From IMG/VR virus record IMGVR_UViG_3300037483_000036, positions 1-41,063 of that record: a stretch of 41,063 nt of DNA. The stretch is one strand, 5' to 3'. Numbering within the stretch: position 1 is the first letter of the stretch; every line of letters starts with the position of its first letter. This DNA comes from a virus. Lineage: Duplodnaviria > Caudoviricetes. Made by a program: the position numbers and the translations under genes. The notes under the pieces were generated by a model, which was not told where the DNA came from, did no database searches, and saw only the letters and a program-made list of their open reading frames with translations. Positions 1 to 9,446 of this stretch are shown here, one piece after another.

Positions 1-127
1 ACGTGTTGATGTTGGCGTCGAGCGTATCACTCTGCGCTACATCGCCGAACACGGTGCGCTCCCCGCCGACGGCATTGGCCCCGAACGCCTTAAGGTTGCC
101 GTTGAATCTGTCGATTTTTGCCATTAT
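1..127. repeat. 127-bp terminal overlap, identical to 40937-41063 and also to 39550-39676
   Basis: Direct sequence comparison; 127 equals a common assembler k-mer size, so it most likely marks circularisation rather than a biological terminal repeat. Confidence 0.92.
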
Positions 128-846
128 AGTGCCACCCTTTCCGCGAACCGCCCGCCGACCTGGGCGGCATCAAATCTATCAGCCCATTCGAGCGCGCCGA
201 CATTGTCGGCAAATCCGAAAGTTCCACCAACTTCGGCCAGGACGGCTGAATCATACCGCACCCCCTGCGGCTTGGGTAGTAGACCCGATGACACTATTGC
301 ATTCAGTCTGATCAGGTCGTAAGTCGGTGAGACATACAGCGTCAAGGTCATATCCTCGTTGTCGATCACGTATGCCCGCCCCTCAAACAGTGTTTGGACT
401 GCGTTCTGTATGGATATTTCAGTGTGCGAGACCATAAAACCCGACCCGTTATTCACCGCGATTCTTGCACGGATGAAAAAGCGGTAATCGTTGTCATCCA
501 ACTCCAGATTGGTGTACGCACGTTCGAACTTATTGCGGAACGGTGCACGGTTCGTAAGTATCAGGAATTTGTCATCAAAGCCGCGAGCGTTTACGTAGCC
601 ACTGAAGCCGAAAGCGACCTTAGGGACAACCAGCGGGACGATGCGCGAAATGCCGACGATCTTGCCGATGATGTCCAACCGGTGGCCGGTCGCATTGTCG
701 AGGTCGAACTCTTCACCGAACTGGCGCAGGATGTCGCGCACAGGTTCCCACGTTGCAGCCTGCAGCTCGATCTCCGCTCGCGCATTGGGTTTATCCCAAT
801 ACTGCTTAATCAGCAAATTGCGGTAGGCGATGGTGAAGTCGGTCAT
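124..846 (-). CDS. Baseplate wedge protein (DUF2612 / gpI-like)
   Basis: LLIKQYWDKPNA...FDLDNATGHRLDIIGKIVG...DDNDYRFFIRARI...LPKPQGV; sits between baseplate J and tail fibre. Confidence 0.8.
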   Translation of the reverse strand: MTDFTIAYRNLLIKQYWDKPNARAEIELQAATWEPVRDILRQFGEEFDLDNATGHRLDIIGKIVGISRIVPLVVPKVAFGFSGYVNARGFDDKFLILTNRAPFRNKFERAYTNLELDDNDYRFFIRARIAVNNGSGFMVSHTEISIQNAVQTLFEGRAYVIDNEDMTLTLYVSPTYDLIRLNAIVSSGLLPKPQGVRYDSAVLAEVGGTFGFADNVGALEWADRFDAAQVGGRFAERVAL

Positions 847-2018
847 GGCGGTGTAACGTCGGTGATCGCAATATTCGCCACGGCGATGGTGAATTTTTCA
901 TCGGGCGCCGGATCGAGTCGCCCATCGGTGTAAGTTACGTTATCGTCGCTGACCAGAAGGTTCGTCACAACGTATCCGGCCCCCTCGATGTACGCATATC
1001 GGTACATCCCACCCGCCGACACATGATCTGAAATGCGGAACGTTCGGGCAGCCATTGATGCCTTGATCATGTCTTGGTCAATCGGGTCGCCACCCACTCC
1101 AGCAACGTCGAGGCTGATGTACAGCGGTACTTCCGTAGGACGGTCGAACAGCGCGGTATGCACCAGCACATAGGACGTGCCATTGGATAAAGTGATGGTC
1201 TCGTTGTATGTGCCCGACACCGTGCCGCGCAGACCCGTTCCGCCCGTTTTATTCTCGATGATCGCCTCAACGATGTCCGCAACGGTTCCGCCCTCGACCA
1301 CAATCCATAGAGTGTGGGCAACCGTACCATTCGCATCCGCAGTGTCGGTGTCATTTTCATAGACCTGTAGATCCGTCACGCCCGGTAGGTTTCCGATAGC
1401 CGCGAACATCCCGCCCCGCGTGCTGGTCGCCGATGTTTCGAGCGATAAATTCCGGCGAATGCGTAGTTCTTCGTCGGTCTCTTCTTCGACACCGATAGTC
1501 GCTGCAGCGGTATTCATCACGGACATCACGCCGATGATGATGGTGGACGGCGTGATGATGGTCCCGATGTCGGCCTCAACCGCGCCGAACGTCTGCGAGA
1601 CCAGCGTCACCGTGTTCGCGCCCGTCACCAGTGTAGCCGCCTCGCTGGTGATCCACAATTGCCCGAGTTCGTCCTCGACGGTGTAATCGGCAGGCAGCGT
1701 GAGGTCGCGGTTCGTCGTCACCGTCACATCGACCTGCGACCGTGTGGCCGGCCGCCGGACGATGCCGGACAATTTGATGATCTTGTTCAGCATCTCGCCG
1801 CTGGAGAAGTCGGGGTCGAACTGGTTATACAGCCCCAGGGCGAAGGCCTGCATGTCTAACCGAGCCTTCGCCTCGATACCCACGCGCTGACCGTCCGGGC
1901 TGTTCGGGTCGAGGCGGATGTCCGGCCCGTATATAGCCCGATAGCCCGCCTCAAGTTCGGCATATATCTCGTCGTATGTCTGAATGGTCAGGCCATCCGG
2001 TGTGAACGTCAGGGTCAT
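843..2018 (-). CDS. Baseplate J-like wedge protein
   Basis: 391 aa; DPNSPDGQ, EETDEELRIR, VYENDT motifs; synteny. Confidence 0.88.
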   Translation of the reverse strand: MTLTFTPDGLTIQTYDEIYAELEAGYRAIYGPDIRLDPNSPDGQRVGIEAKARLDMQAFALGLYNQFDPDFSSGEMLNKIIKLSGIVRRPATRSQVDVTVTTNRDLTLPADYTVEDELGQLWITSEAATLVTGANTVTLVSQTFGAVEADIGTIITPSTIIIGVMSVMNTAAATIGVEEETDEELRIRRNLSLETSATSTRGGMFAAIGNLPGVTDLQVYENDTDTADANGTVAHTLWIVVEGGTVADIVEAIIENKTGGTGLRGTVSGTYNETITLSNGTSYVLVHTALFDRPTEVPLYISLDVAGVGGDPIDQDMIKASMAARTFRISDHVSAGGMYRYAYIEGAGYVVTNLLVSDDNVTYTDGRLDPAPDEKFTIAVANIAITDVTPP

Positions 2019-2371
2019 GGTATGGTCAGGCTCTCGTTAAATCGCTCGTCGAATATGTCAACCGCGTCAAGTTCAATCGTCATCACGCGGTCGCGTCGTG
2101 AGGTGATGATATTCAGCCGATTGATCACGCGCACGCCGTCGGTGTTCAGCACCACGGTCTCCACCTCGCGGCGGATGCGTTGCTCGGTTTGTTTATTGCC
2201 GAGTAGGTCGAACCACGGGATGCCCGCAGTCACATCGAGGAACCAGTCATCGGTGAACGACCGCAGCCGCGTGACGACGTTCTGGCGCACAGCTTCCGAC
2301 CGGCTCACATAGACCGCCTTACCGCGCCCGAAGCGCCAGTCGCCATCGGCAGTGAGTCCCGAGACGCGCAT
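2015..2371 (-). CDS. Baseplate gp25/gpW-like sheath initiator
   Basis: 118 aa; VRQNVVTRLRSFTDDWFLDVTAGIPW; between spike and J. Confidence 0.78.
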   Translation of the reverse strand: MRVSGLTADGDWRFGRGKAVYVSRSEAVRQNVVTRLRSFTDDWFLDVTAGIPWFDLLGNKQTEQRIRREVETVVLNTDGVRVINRLNIITSRRDRVMTIELDAVDIFDERFNESLTIP

Positions 2372-3123
2372 CAGGTGGGCACTCCCGTAGTACCCGGCGC
2401 CGTGGTGACGGGGTGGGTGTGTGTCTTGAGGTGGACAGTTCCGGCAACCACATCACCGGTCGTCTGGATGTCAACGCTCGAAGTCATCGCGCCGCCGCTC
2501 AAGCCGCCGAATCCGCCGGCAGCGATAAGCCCTGTGCATGTGAGGTTGCCGTTCACCAGAACATTACCGGTAAACGTCACGTCGCCTGTAACTTCCATAT
2601 CGCCGGTCTGCGTGTACGCGCCATTCAGTGTCACGTTGCCCGTCAACGTGCTGTTACCGGTGCGCGTCATGTTTCCCGTGTGGGTGTAGTTGCCGATCTG
2701 CACGGTATCGCCGACCTGCTTGATCGTCGTGGGGATCGCCAGCGCCCCGGCCAGCGGGTTGATGCCGACGATAGCGATCCCGTCGCTGTAGTCGTGCATG
2801 CGCAGTTCCGGCGGCAATTGGTAATCCTGCCCGCCCCACCAGCGGTCGAAACAGCGTTCGGTGAAGATCAGCAAGGCGTAATCGCCGACGGCAAGGGGAT
2901 AGGCGGTATAGCTGCCGCCACCCTGCATCACCAGGACCGGCACATCGACGAACTCGGGAAGCTGGATGCTCACGCCATTCACCACCCGATTGACGACCGG
3001 GCGGCAACTGATCGTTTTCGCGCCAACTGCGGTCACGCTGGCAATGGTGGACGTGTGAACGTTGGCGAGGGCATGACCTATCGCGTCCATCATCACGTCC
3101 AGCAGTTCCTTGCGGTCGCTCAT
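2371..3123 (-). CDS. Baseplate central spike (gpV/gp138-like)
   Basis: N-terminal OB-like region (GDYALLIFTER, RMHDYSD), beta-helix repeats (TGN..), C-terminal iron-binding HxH motif (LKTHTHPV). Confidence 0.88.
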   Translation of the reverse strand: MSDRKELLDVMMDAIGHALANVHTSTIASVTAVGAKTISCRPVVNRVVNGVSIQLPEFVDVPVLVMQGGGSYTAYPLAVGDYALLIFTERCFDRWWGGQDYQLPPELRMHDYSDGIAIVGINPLAGALAIPTTIKQVGDTVQIGNYTHTGNMTRTGNSTLTGNVTLNGAYTQTGDMEVTGDVTFTGNVLVNGNLTCTGLIAAGGFGGLSGGAMTSSVDIQTTGDVVAGTVHLKTHTHPVTTAPGTTGVPT

Positions 3124-3956
3124 CTCAGCACCTTGTAGTTACCGGCCGGATTGGCGGTGCAGCTCATCTGCCAGCCGGTGCCGTAATTGTCGCCACTGTA
3201 CCCGATTTCAATGATCCGATAAACCCCGTTCATGTGCGGCGCACTGGTAGTTTCGAGGTCGCATAGCCCGCCCAGCCGCAGGGATGGGTTCATTAGGCTA
3301 TCAAAGGTCGTCCGCGCCATCTCGCGGGTTGGCATGTTGAGCAGGCCGGTCGATGCATCGACTACAGGCACGAAGCTGCTCACCACATCGCCCTCTTTCA
3401 GCACGTAAAGCTGTTCGTCGTCGATGAACCACGTCGCCCCCGCGTCCAGCAGGTCATCCAGCACACGGGCGGCAGGGCCGACCAGCACGCGCGGGCGGAC
3501 GAGCGGCGACTGCTCTGTCACCTTCCCGCGCTCAAGGCCCGCAGAGGTGCGTACGGCCTCCAGCGCCTGTTCCTTGCCGCGCACCGTGGTCGAGATGAAC
3601 GTGCCGAGGATCTGCGCGCCGCCGTCCAGGCATTCCAGTTCAGTCACCATGTCCGGCCCTTCGCGGTAATTCAGGCCGCGCTGCACCGTGCCCTTGAAGA
3701 TAAGCGCCATCGTCCCCTCGTACCCGACGCGCAGGCGGACAGGGATGTGTTCGTGTCCCTCTCTGTCCTTGGTCAATGCGAGACGGTTGGACGGCTGCAG
3801 GTTGTAGATGCGGCAGGTCATGTTATTCAGCCCGCCGGCCACCGACTTGTTAACCGAGAACGAAACACGCATCGGCGGCACGACTGCGACCTCGCGGTCA
3901 CCCGCCACCGAGACGGTTAGTTCAAAGTCTCGATTAAAGCGGGACGGGCTGACCAC
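3120..3956 (-). CDS. Baseplate hub protein
   Basis: 278 aa; RIYNL...LRVGYEG..IFKG...ECLDG...MNPSLRLGG...GDNYG pattern; precedes spike. Confidence 0.78.
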   Translation of the reverse strand: MVSPSRFNRDFELTVSVAGDREVAVVPPMRVSFSVNKSVAGGLNNMTCRIYNLQPSNRLALTKDREGHEHIPVRLRVGYEGTMALIFKGTVQRGLNYREGPDMVTELECLDGGAQILGTFISTTVRGKEQALEAVRTSAGLERGKVTEQSPLVRPRVLVGPAARVLDDLLDAGATWFIDDEQLYVLKEGDVVSSFVPVVDASTGLLNMPTREMARTTFDSLMNPSLRLGGLCDLETTSAPHMNGVYRIIEIGYSGDNYGTGWQMSCTANPAGNYKVLR

Positions 3957-4275
3957 GGATCACCCCCATGTCTGCGGCGTTGAGAACGTAGAGCGAACAG
4001 CGGCCCGACTCGAAGTCATCCAACCGTAGCGGGTCAAGCCCTTGTCCGGTGTTGTCCGTCACTATGATGTCAAACGGGAAGTTCTGCGAGCGCATGTGCA
4101 GCACGCCGACGGACAGCTTGAAGCCGGAAACCTTCCGCCCGCCGTACTCAATATCGGCTGCCCACATCTCGACGGTCGGGTGAAAGCGCAAAGACATCAC
4201 GACCTCAGAGTCGTCCAGCAGGATAGTGTGACGCTGGTGGGCGTCGCCGTCGATGTCGTCAAGTTGAATCATCAC
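3934..4275 (-). CDS. Small baseplate protein (plug-like)
   Basis: 113 aa beta-rich ORF in conserved position between tube initiator and hub; overlapping start/stop. Confidence 0.62.
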   Translation of the reverse strand: MMIQLDDIDGDAHQRHTILLDDSEVVMSLRFHPTVEMWAADIEYGGRKVSGFKLSVGVLHMRSQNFPFDIIVTDNTGQGLDPLRLDDFESGRCSLYVLNAADMGVIRGQPVPL

Positions 4276-5045
4276 CCACCCCTTCCGAATACGGATTCCA
4301 CGGTACTGAACGCCAGCGACTCTTCAACTTCGGCGCCCTTCTTCGCGCCCTTGTTCTTTTCGCTATCGGTCTGGCCGCCCGTTCCCTCGGATGCAACCCC
4401 TTCAACCGCTGCGAATTTCAGCTCGGCAAACCGTATCTGCTGGGCCTCAACCTTGAACGTCGTGGAGTCCGTTTCGTTGTCGTAGTTGATCGACAGGGTG
4501 GTGATGATCATGTTGTCGCAGCGGCGGTAGGGCATCTCGATGGTGATCGGCACGCGGGTGTTGCGCGTCCGTTCCATGAAGTCCAGGAACCGCTGCCGGT
4601 TCGTCGTGGATGCTTCGTCCTGATTGCCGAACAGCTTGCCGACCTGTTCGCCGCGCTCGATCAGGCTGTCGATACGGCGCCCGGCGTCCAATACGTCGTT
4701 CGCCAGTGCGGCGACCCGCGAAAGCTGCGATTGCGTGCGTGCGGGGGCGTACAGGGCTGTCACGTTACCAATCTCGGCTTCAAGCTGTCGGACTGCCCGC
4801 AGTTCCGGCGACTCGCGCAGATGCACGTCCGATACGTCGCCCTCGATGCTGATGGTCAGCGGGGCGAGGATCACATGGTCGTGGATGACGCTGCCGTCCT
4901 CGACTGGAATATCCGGCACGCTGGCGGACAGGTTGTAGCCTTCCTTCACCCGCACCAGTGCCGTAAAGCCGCCGATGCCGATCTCAGCGGGCGGGCCTGC
5001 CGGCTGGTCGATCTTGAGGAAGTCCATCACGCGGGCCATGGTCAA
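4272..5045 (-). CDS. Tail tube initiator / Dit-like baseplate protein
   Basis: PVEDGSVIHDHVILAPLTISIEG motif; directly follows tape measure. Confidence 0.72.
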   Translation of the reverse strand: MTMARVMDFLKIDQPAGPPAEIGIGGFTALVRVKEGYNLSASVPDIPVEDGSVIHDHVILAPLTISIEGDVSDVHLRESPELRAVRQLEAEIGNVTALYAPARTQSQLSRVAALANDVLDAGRRIDSLIERGEQVGKLFGNQDEASTTNRQRFLDFMERTRNTRVPITIEMPYRRCDNMIITTLSINYDNETDSTTFKVEAQQIRFAELKFAAVEGVASEGTGGQTDSEKNKGAKKGAEVEESLAFSTVESVFGRGG

Positions 5046-6421
5046 CGACCCCCAACCGCAAGCTGTGTGCTGGCGTTGTTCAGTTGCCGCTGCAGGCTAT
5101 CCTCAACCGCCCGCCCGGCCGCCTGTGCGTCGTTCGTGTTGATCTGGATTTTCACATCCTGGTTGACTTGCCGATTATCGACAGCAGCCCCCGGCCCCAT
5201 TGTCCCGGGCGGGATGGTGGTGGGCGCGGTGACGGTGGGCGCGGTGACGGTGGGCGCGGTGACGGTGGGCGCGGTGACGGTGGGCGCGGTGACGGTCGGC
5301 CCGTCGCCGATACCGAACGCCTTGCCGATCAGCTTCCAGCCATCGACCACCATGCCGATCCACTTCATCACCCATTCAAACTGCCACTTGAGCGCCTTCA
5401 CGATGTCGATGCCGAGGAACTCTTGAAAGAAGTCAGCGATGACGGACTTACCGCCCTGAAAAGCAACGATCAAGTCGTCGATGATGAGTAGCAGCGCCAC
5501 GATGGCGGCGGTGATGAGGACAACGGGCGAGCCGATGATTGCCATCACGCCCGCGAAGCCGATGGCGTAAATCTTGGCAGCGAGGAAGCCCGCGCCAATG
5601 AGCGCAATGACAGGCAACAGCCGATTGAAGGCCGCGAGGATGTTGCCGATCCATTTCACGGCGAACTGAATGCCTGCGACTACCCAGTCCTTATTGTCGG
5701 CAATTAGCTGAGTGAAGCTGTCGGACAGCCTACCCAGCTCCGGCGCCACGCCGACCGCGACAAGCTGCTTGACGTGGTTGAGCGAGAACCACATCGAGTC
5801 GAGCGACTTTTTATAGTCCTCGGCCTGCCCCACCTGTTCGCCGGTCAGTGTGCCGAGTTCCCGCGCACGATCGCGCAGGCCCGCCATCTCCGCGTTGGTG
5901 CGGTTGAGCATCTGCAACAGGCTGGAGTCGATGCCGAGGGCGCTGGTGAAGCTCTCCTGTTCGGCCATTGACAGGTTAAGGGCACGGAATCGCTGGCGCA
6001 GTTCGTCCAGAATCGCGTCGGCGGTCTTGACCTGTCCGCCTGCACCGCGAACAGAGATACCCAAGCGGGCGAAATCGTCGCTTCCCTTGAGTGCAGCCGT
6101 GCCGATGGTCTTCGTGAGATTGCGCAGGGTGGATTCCATCGCACCCGCGCTGCTTTGCGTCTGCGAGGCAACGTAGTCGAGTTCCTGAATTGTACCGACT
6201 GCCACCTTCGTCTCGCGGCTCAGTGCGCCTAGGGCATCGACGCCGGTCAGCACACCGTCAGCCCACATGGAGAACGCGCCGGCCGCCGCCTCAAGCCCGA
6301 CCAGCATCCCGCCCAGCAGCTTGATGGAGCTGCCGAGCGAGACGTTGTAGTCGGTCAGCGGCTTGGTCGAGCCCATGAAGCCGAACTTGGTGACGAGCTC
6401 CTGAATTACGGCAACGGACAT
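5042..6421 (-). CDS. Tape measure protein
   Basis: 459 aa, Ala-rich helical with hydrophobic segments; follows tail chaperones. Confidence 0.85.
   Translation of the reverse strand: MSVAVIQELVTKFGFMGSTKPLTDYNVSLGSSIKLLGGMLVGLEAAAGAFSMWADGVLTGVDALGALSRETKVAVGTIQELDYVASQTQSSAGAMESTLRNLTKTIGTAALKGSDDFARLGISVRGAGGQVKTADAILDELRQRFRALNLSMAEQESFTSALGIDSSLLQMLNRTNAEMAGLRDRARELGTLTGEQVGQAEDYKKSLDSMWFSLNHVKQLVAVGVAPELGRLSDSFTQLIADNKDWVVAGIQFAVKWIGNILAAFNRLLPVIALIGAGFLAAKIYAIGFAGVMAIIGSPVVLITAAIVALLLIIDDLIVAFQGGKSVIADFFQEFLGIDIVKALKWQFEWVMKWIGMVVDGWKLIGKAFGIGDGPTVTAPTVTAPTVTAPTVTAPTVTAPTTIPPGTMGPGAAVDNRQVNQDVKIQINTNDAQAAGRAVEDSLQRQLNNASTQLAVGGR
5219..5296. repeat. 15-bp tandem repeat x5 (GGTGGGCGCGGTGAC) encoding (TAPTV)n
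   Basis: Five perfect units read directly from the sequence, inside the tape measure gene. Confidence 0.95.
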
Positions 6422-6422
6422 T

Positions 6423-6662
6423 TCAACCCTTCCCCTGTTGCATGTGGTACAGCTCTATATCGTTCTGGATGTGCTCGAATTCCACAAGGTCAAGGAATTG
6501 CGGCGTATCCATTCGTTCGAGTTCCTGCAACGACCCGTAGCCTCTGCGCGCGAGGTGAAACAGCGTGGCGTCGTCATCCGACACATTGGTGAACGCTACA
6601 TAATCCCCGCCGTCCCGCTTGACGCGGACTTTCAGCCGATAGTTGTCCCGGACAAAAAAGGG
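6423..6662 (-). CDS. Tail assembly chaperone -1 frame extension (gpT-like)
   Basis: Open -1 frame from the slippery site to a stop just before the tape measure start; ...GYGSLQELERMDTPQFLDLVEFEHI. Confidence 0.75.
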   Translation of the reverse strand, partial: PFFVRDNYRLKVRVKRDGGDYVAFTNVSDDDATLFHLARRGYGSLQELERMDTPQFLDLVEFEHIQNDIELYHMQQGKG

Positions 6663-7000
6663 TAACTGATCACCCCCAGCGCCGTAGTGACGAACGGCAG
6701 GTAGTCGTCCGGGTATTTCTCCCAATGGCTGTCGCCGATCACCGACAGCCGGGAATCGTTGTACAGCACGGCGTTGCCGATCACCTGTTCGACGGCATCG
6801 AACTCCGGCGAGTCCATGAAACTGAAATCGCCGCGCGCCGCCGATGAGCCGATCCGCGTGTAGAACGCGAACACCTTCCGCCGCTGCTTGTGCTGCATCG
6901 TGGTAAAGCGGTAGATGCGTCCATTAATCTCGGCCTCGCCGTCCTCGAAGATGGCCTTAAACATCGCCCGAGCGGCGGCGATCTTGTCCTGGTCGCTCAT
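6632..7000 (-). CDS. Tail assembly chaperone (gpG-like)
   Basis: 122 aa between tube and tape measure; carries the slippery site. Confidence 0.8.
   Translation of the reverse strand: MSDQDKIAAARAMFKAIFEDGEAEINGRIYRFTTMQHKQRRKVFAFYTRIGSSAARGDFSFMDSPEFDAVEQVIGNAVLYNDSRLSVIGDSHWEKYPDDYLPFVTTALGVISYPFLSGTTIG
6653..6662 (-). other. Programmed -1 ribosomal frameshift site (C CCT TTT TTG)
   Basis: In-frame X XXY YYZ heptamers CCCTTTT and TTTTTTG near the end of the chaperone gene; -1 shift enters the 6423 ORF. Confidence 0.8.
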
Positions 7001-7002
7001 GA

Positions 7003-7434
7003 TCAGATATTCCGTGTGGCGTTGCGGAAGCGGATGGTGTATTCCATCATGGCGTTGCCGTCAGTGTTGCTTTTTACGTTGGACGGCTGGGCGGTCATGC
7101 TGCCGTTTTCCAGGATGTACGACTCAGCGCCCGCTGTACCGTCGCGCGTGAAGTCTTCTTTCACCGAGCCATTGAACACCGTGGGGGTCGCCTGGTTGCG
7201 CTGCGAGTTCAGGAACACGTCCGAGCCGCTGAACTTCTGCACGCGCACGATCAGGTCATGCACGCCCGCGTCGTTGCGCTTGTTGATGTTCACCGCGCCG
7301 CCCGCGCCGTTGACGTGGCTGCTCAGTTCGTTGACGGGGTTCAATTCGACGATGTCGCCCTCGGCGAAGTCGGTAATTGCAAAGCCATTCAGCACCAGAG
7401 TCGTGCTGTCGGCGGACATTGTGATCACGGCCAT
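7003..7434 (-). CDS. Tail tube protein (DUF3277-like)
   Basis: 143 aa beta-rich; LNGFAITDFAEGD; follows sheath. Confidence 0.82.
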   Translation of the reverse strand: MAVITMSADSTTLVLNGFAITDFAEGDIVELNPVNELSSHVNGAGGAVNINKRNDAGVHDLIVRVQKFSGSDVFLNSQRNQATPTVFNGSVKEDFTRDGTAGAESYILENGSMTAQPSNVKSNTDGNAMMEYTIRFRNATRNI

Positions 7435-7447
7435 GAATGTTCCCCTG

Positions 7448-8950
7448 TTAGTTGTTGAAGTTGATGATGATGTCCACCGAATGCACCGCGCCCGCGTTCT
7501 TCACGGCGCACTGCAACACCGGCGACTTGCGCGCTTGGCGGTCGGCCTGCGGTTGGTCAGCCAGTTCACCGGCCAGCCAGTAGAAGCCGTTCTGCTCGAT
7601 AGCACGCTCGAAGGTCTCACGGTCGCCGAAGTAGTCGGGGCTGGACCATGTGCCGGGTGCGAACACTTCAGCGCGCACGAATCCGCGTGTGGTCTTCTCG
7701 CCTTGGTCGATGAGTTGATTCACGCCGCGCTTCGTCTGCGGGATCTTCGTCGCGGTCTGCTTGAGCAGGTTATACATGTCCGTCTGCACAGCGTCGATGA
7801 ACGCGATCAGGTTGTAGCGGTTATCCACGAAGTCGTTCGCGCCGCTGGACAGGATGCACGCGGTCAGCTTCACCGTCGTGAAAATATCCAAGCCGACAGC
7901 CTTCGCCGCCGCGATGACGGTCTGCGAATACTCTTCGGCGGTCACTGCCAGCGTCTTCAAATGCATCGTCAGGGCGCTGCGTTCGGCGTTGAAGTTGACC
8001 ACATGCGCGCGGGCCATGTAGCTGGCAGCCATGCGGCGATTGCCTGCCGCGCTGTACATCATGCGGTAGTTGGTCAGGCCGGCCAGCTTGATCTCCCAGA
8101 CGACATTCGTGTCCGCGTCGAGGGTCAGGTAGGTCGAACCGCTGAACACCTCATAGACCAACACACTGTTGGCCTGCGCCCACTCAGCCATCAGCTTGCG
8201 GTTTACGTCGGTATCGGCGTCGATGATGGTCAAGCCCTTGAAGTTGACCAGCGCCTTGAGCGCAGTGACGGCGGCGACTTGTGTTTCGGCGGTCAGCACC
8301 TCGGACGCCGCACCTTGCACCAGCACAGCGCCCGTGCCTGTTGCCAGGCCGAGGATACTGCCGAGGAAGGTGCCGGACGAGTGAGCGACCGCCAGTGCCA
8401 TGGTGGACAATGCGCCGGTCGTCGCGGAGGTGACAACGATGGCGTTGTTCACTACCGCCGCCGAGCCGACCACACCGAGGGCGGTGTCGATTGCGGTCGC
8501 GATGTCGTCCAGACTGGTCACGCTGCGCAGATCAAGGGCGGACAGCACTTTCGCCACACCGTCAATGGTGATGGACATGGAACCGTCGCTGATGCCTTGA
8601 GCCTGATCGACCACAGTCGTCTCGACCAGTTGCGCGCCGGTCAGCGTGCCCGCCGTAGCCGCCACCGTCTCGGACGCGCCGCGCCAGTAGCCCGCCACCA
8701 GCACGCCGCCTGCGTTAATCGGGTTGGGATTCGTTCCGAAGAACGTGGTGGCGAAGTTGTACATCGCCGAATCGGTGCCGAAGTCGGTCGCCACGCTGCC
8801 GATGTCGCTGTATAGCGCATAGCGGTTGGCACTGGACAGCGGGCCGTCCTGTTGGCTGGTCATGATCGCCACGACGTTCATGTTGTCGCGTGCGGCGAGC
8901 TGGCCTTCCGGCAGCAGTTGCACGTTGATGATATTGGTGATGTTAGCCAT
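7448..8950 (-). CDS. Tail sheath protein (DUF3383-like)
   Basis: About 500 aa; start MANITNIINV at 8950 after GGGAG; C-terminal RQARKSP...AGAVHSVDI. Confidence 0.87.
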   Translation of the reverse strand: MANITNIINVQLLPEGQLAARDNMNVVAIMTSQQDGPLSSANRYALYSDIGSVATDFGTDSAMYNFATTFFGTNPNPINAGGVLVAGYWRGASETVAATAGTLTGAQLVETTVVDQAQGISDGSMSITIDGVAKVLSALDLRSVTSLDDIATAIDTALGVVGSAAVVNNAIVVTSATTGALSTMALAVAHSSGTFLGSILGLATGTGAVLVQGAASEVLTAETQVAAVTALKALVNFKGLTIIDADTDVNRKLMAEWAQANSVLVYEVFSGSTYLTLDADTNVVWEIKLAGLTNYRMMYSAAGNRRMAASYMARAHVVNFNAERSALTMHLKTLAVTAEEYSQTVIAAAKAVGLDIFTTVKLTACILSSGANDFVDNRYNLIAFIDAVQTDMYNLLKQTATKIPQTKRGVNQLIDQGEKTTRGFVRAEVFAPGTWSSPDYFGDRETFERAIEQNGFYWLAGELADQPQADRQARKSPVLQCAVKNAGAVHSVDIIINFNN

Positions 8951-9446
8951 TATATGCCACTCCCTCTTCGGTTCGGATTTGGATCTGCGCGGTATCAATG
9001 CGCAGGGTGTCGATCACTACTTCGCTGCTCACTTCCACAACCATTTCGAGCTGCACCCGCTCGCCATACTGCTGCCCGGTCAGTGCCTTCAAGTCGGTCG
9101 GGCCGCCCGTGTGATAGGTGTTTATCCCAAGCGCCCGTTTCAGATCATAGGCCGTTTGCGACTTGGCGCGCAGGCTGAATTCAATGGCGCGAGTGTATGC
9201 CCCGGTGCCGTAAAAGTCCAGCGTGACCGGCCCCTTCCACATCGCCCCAAGGCTCAGTTCCTCAGTGTTCCCGTCGTAGGTTTCCATGTTGCCGACGCGG
9301 GCGGCTTGACCGAGTTCGTCGATCACCACGAAAGCGGTCTCGAAGTCGGCCCGCTCGAAGTTCTGCCGGCCGACGCGGATCAACTGCTCGTCATACCCCA
9401 TCAGGTCGCGCACCATCTTTGCGACGGCTTTGACAGAGGGGTTCAT
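8943..9446 (-). CDS. Tail terminator / neck protein
   Basis: Start MNPSVKA overlaps upstream TGA; VTLDFYG motif; directly upstream of sheath. Confidence 0.68.
   Translation of the reverse strand: MNPSVKAVAKMVRDLMGYDEQLIRVGRQNFERADFETAFVVIDELGQAARVGNMETYDGNTEELSLGAMWKGPVTLDFYGTGAYTRAIEFSLRAKSQTAYDLKRALGINTYHTGGPTDLKALTGQQYGERVQLEMVVEVSSEVVIDTLRIDTAQIQIRTEEGVAYNG

Noticed and set aside
1-127. Biological direct terminal repeat
   Set aside because: Length matches an assembler k-mer, it lies mid-gene, and the same sequence occurs internally.
6890-8815. 641-aa plus-strand ORF (also 13068-14627 and similar long shadows)
   Set aside because: Antisense to well-supported sheath/tube/head genes; expected from GC-rich codon bias; no recognisable motifs.
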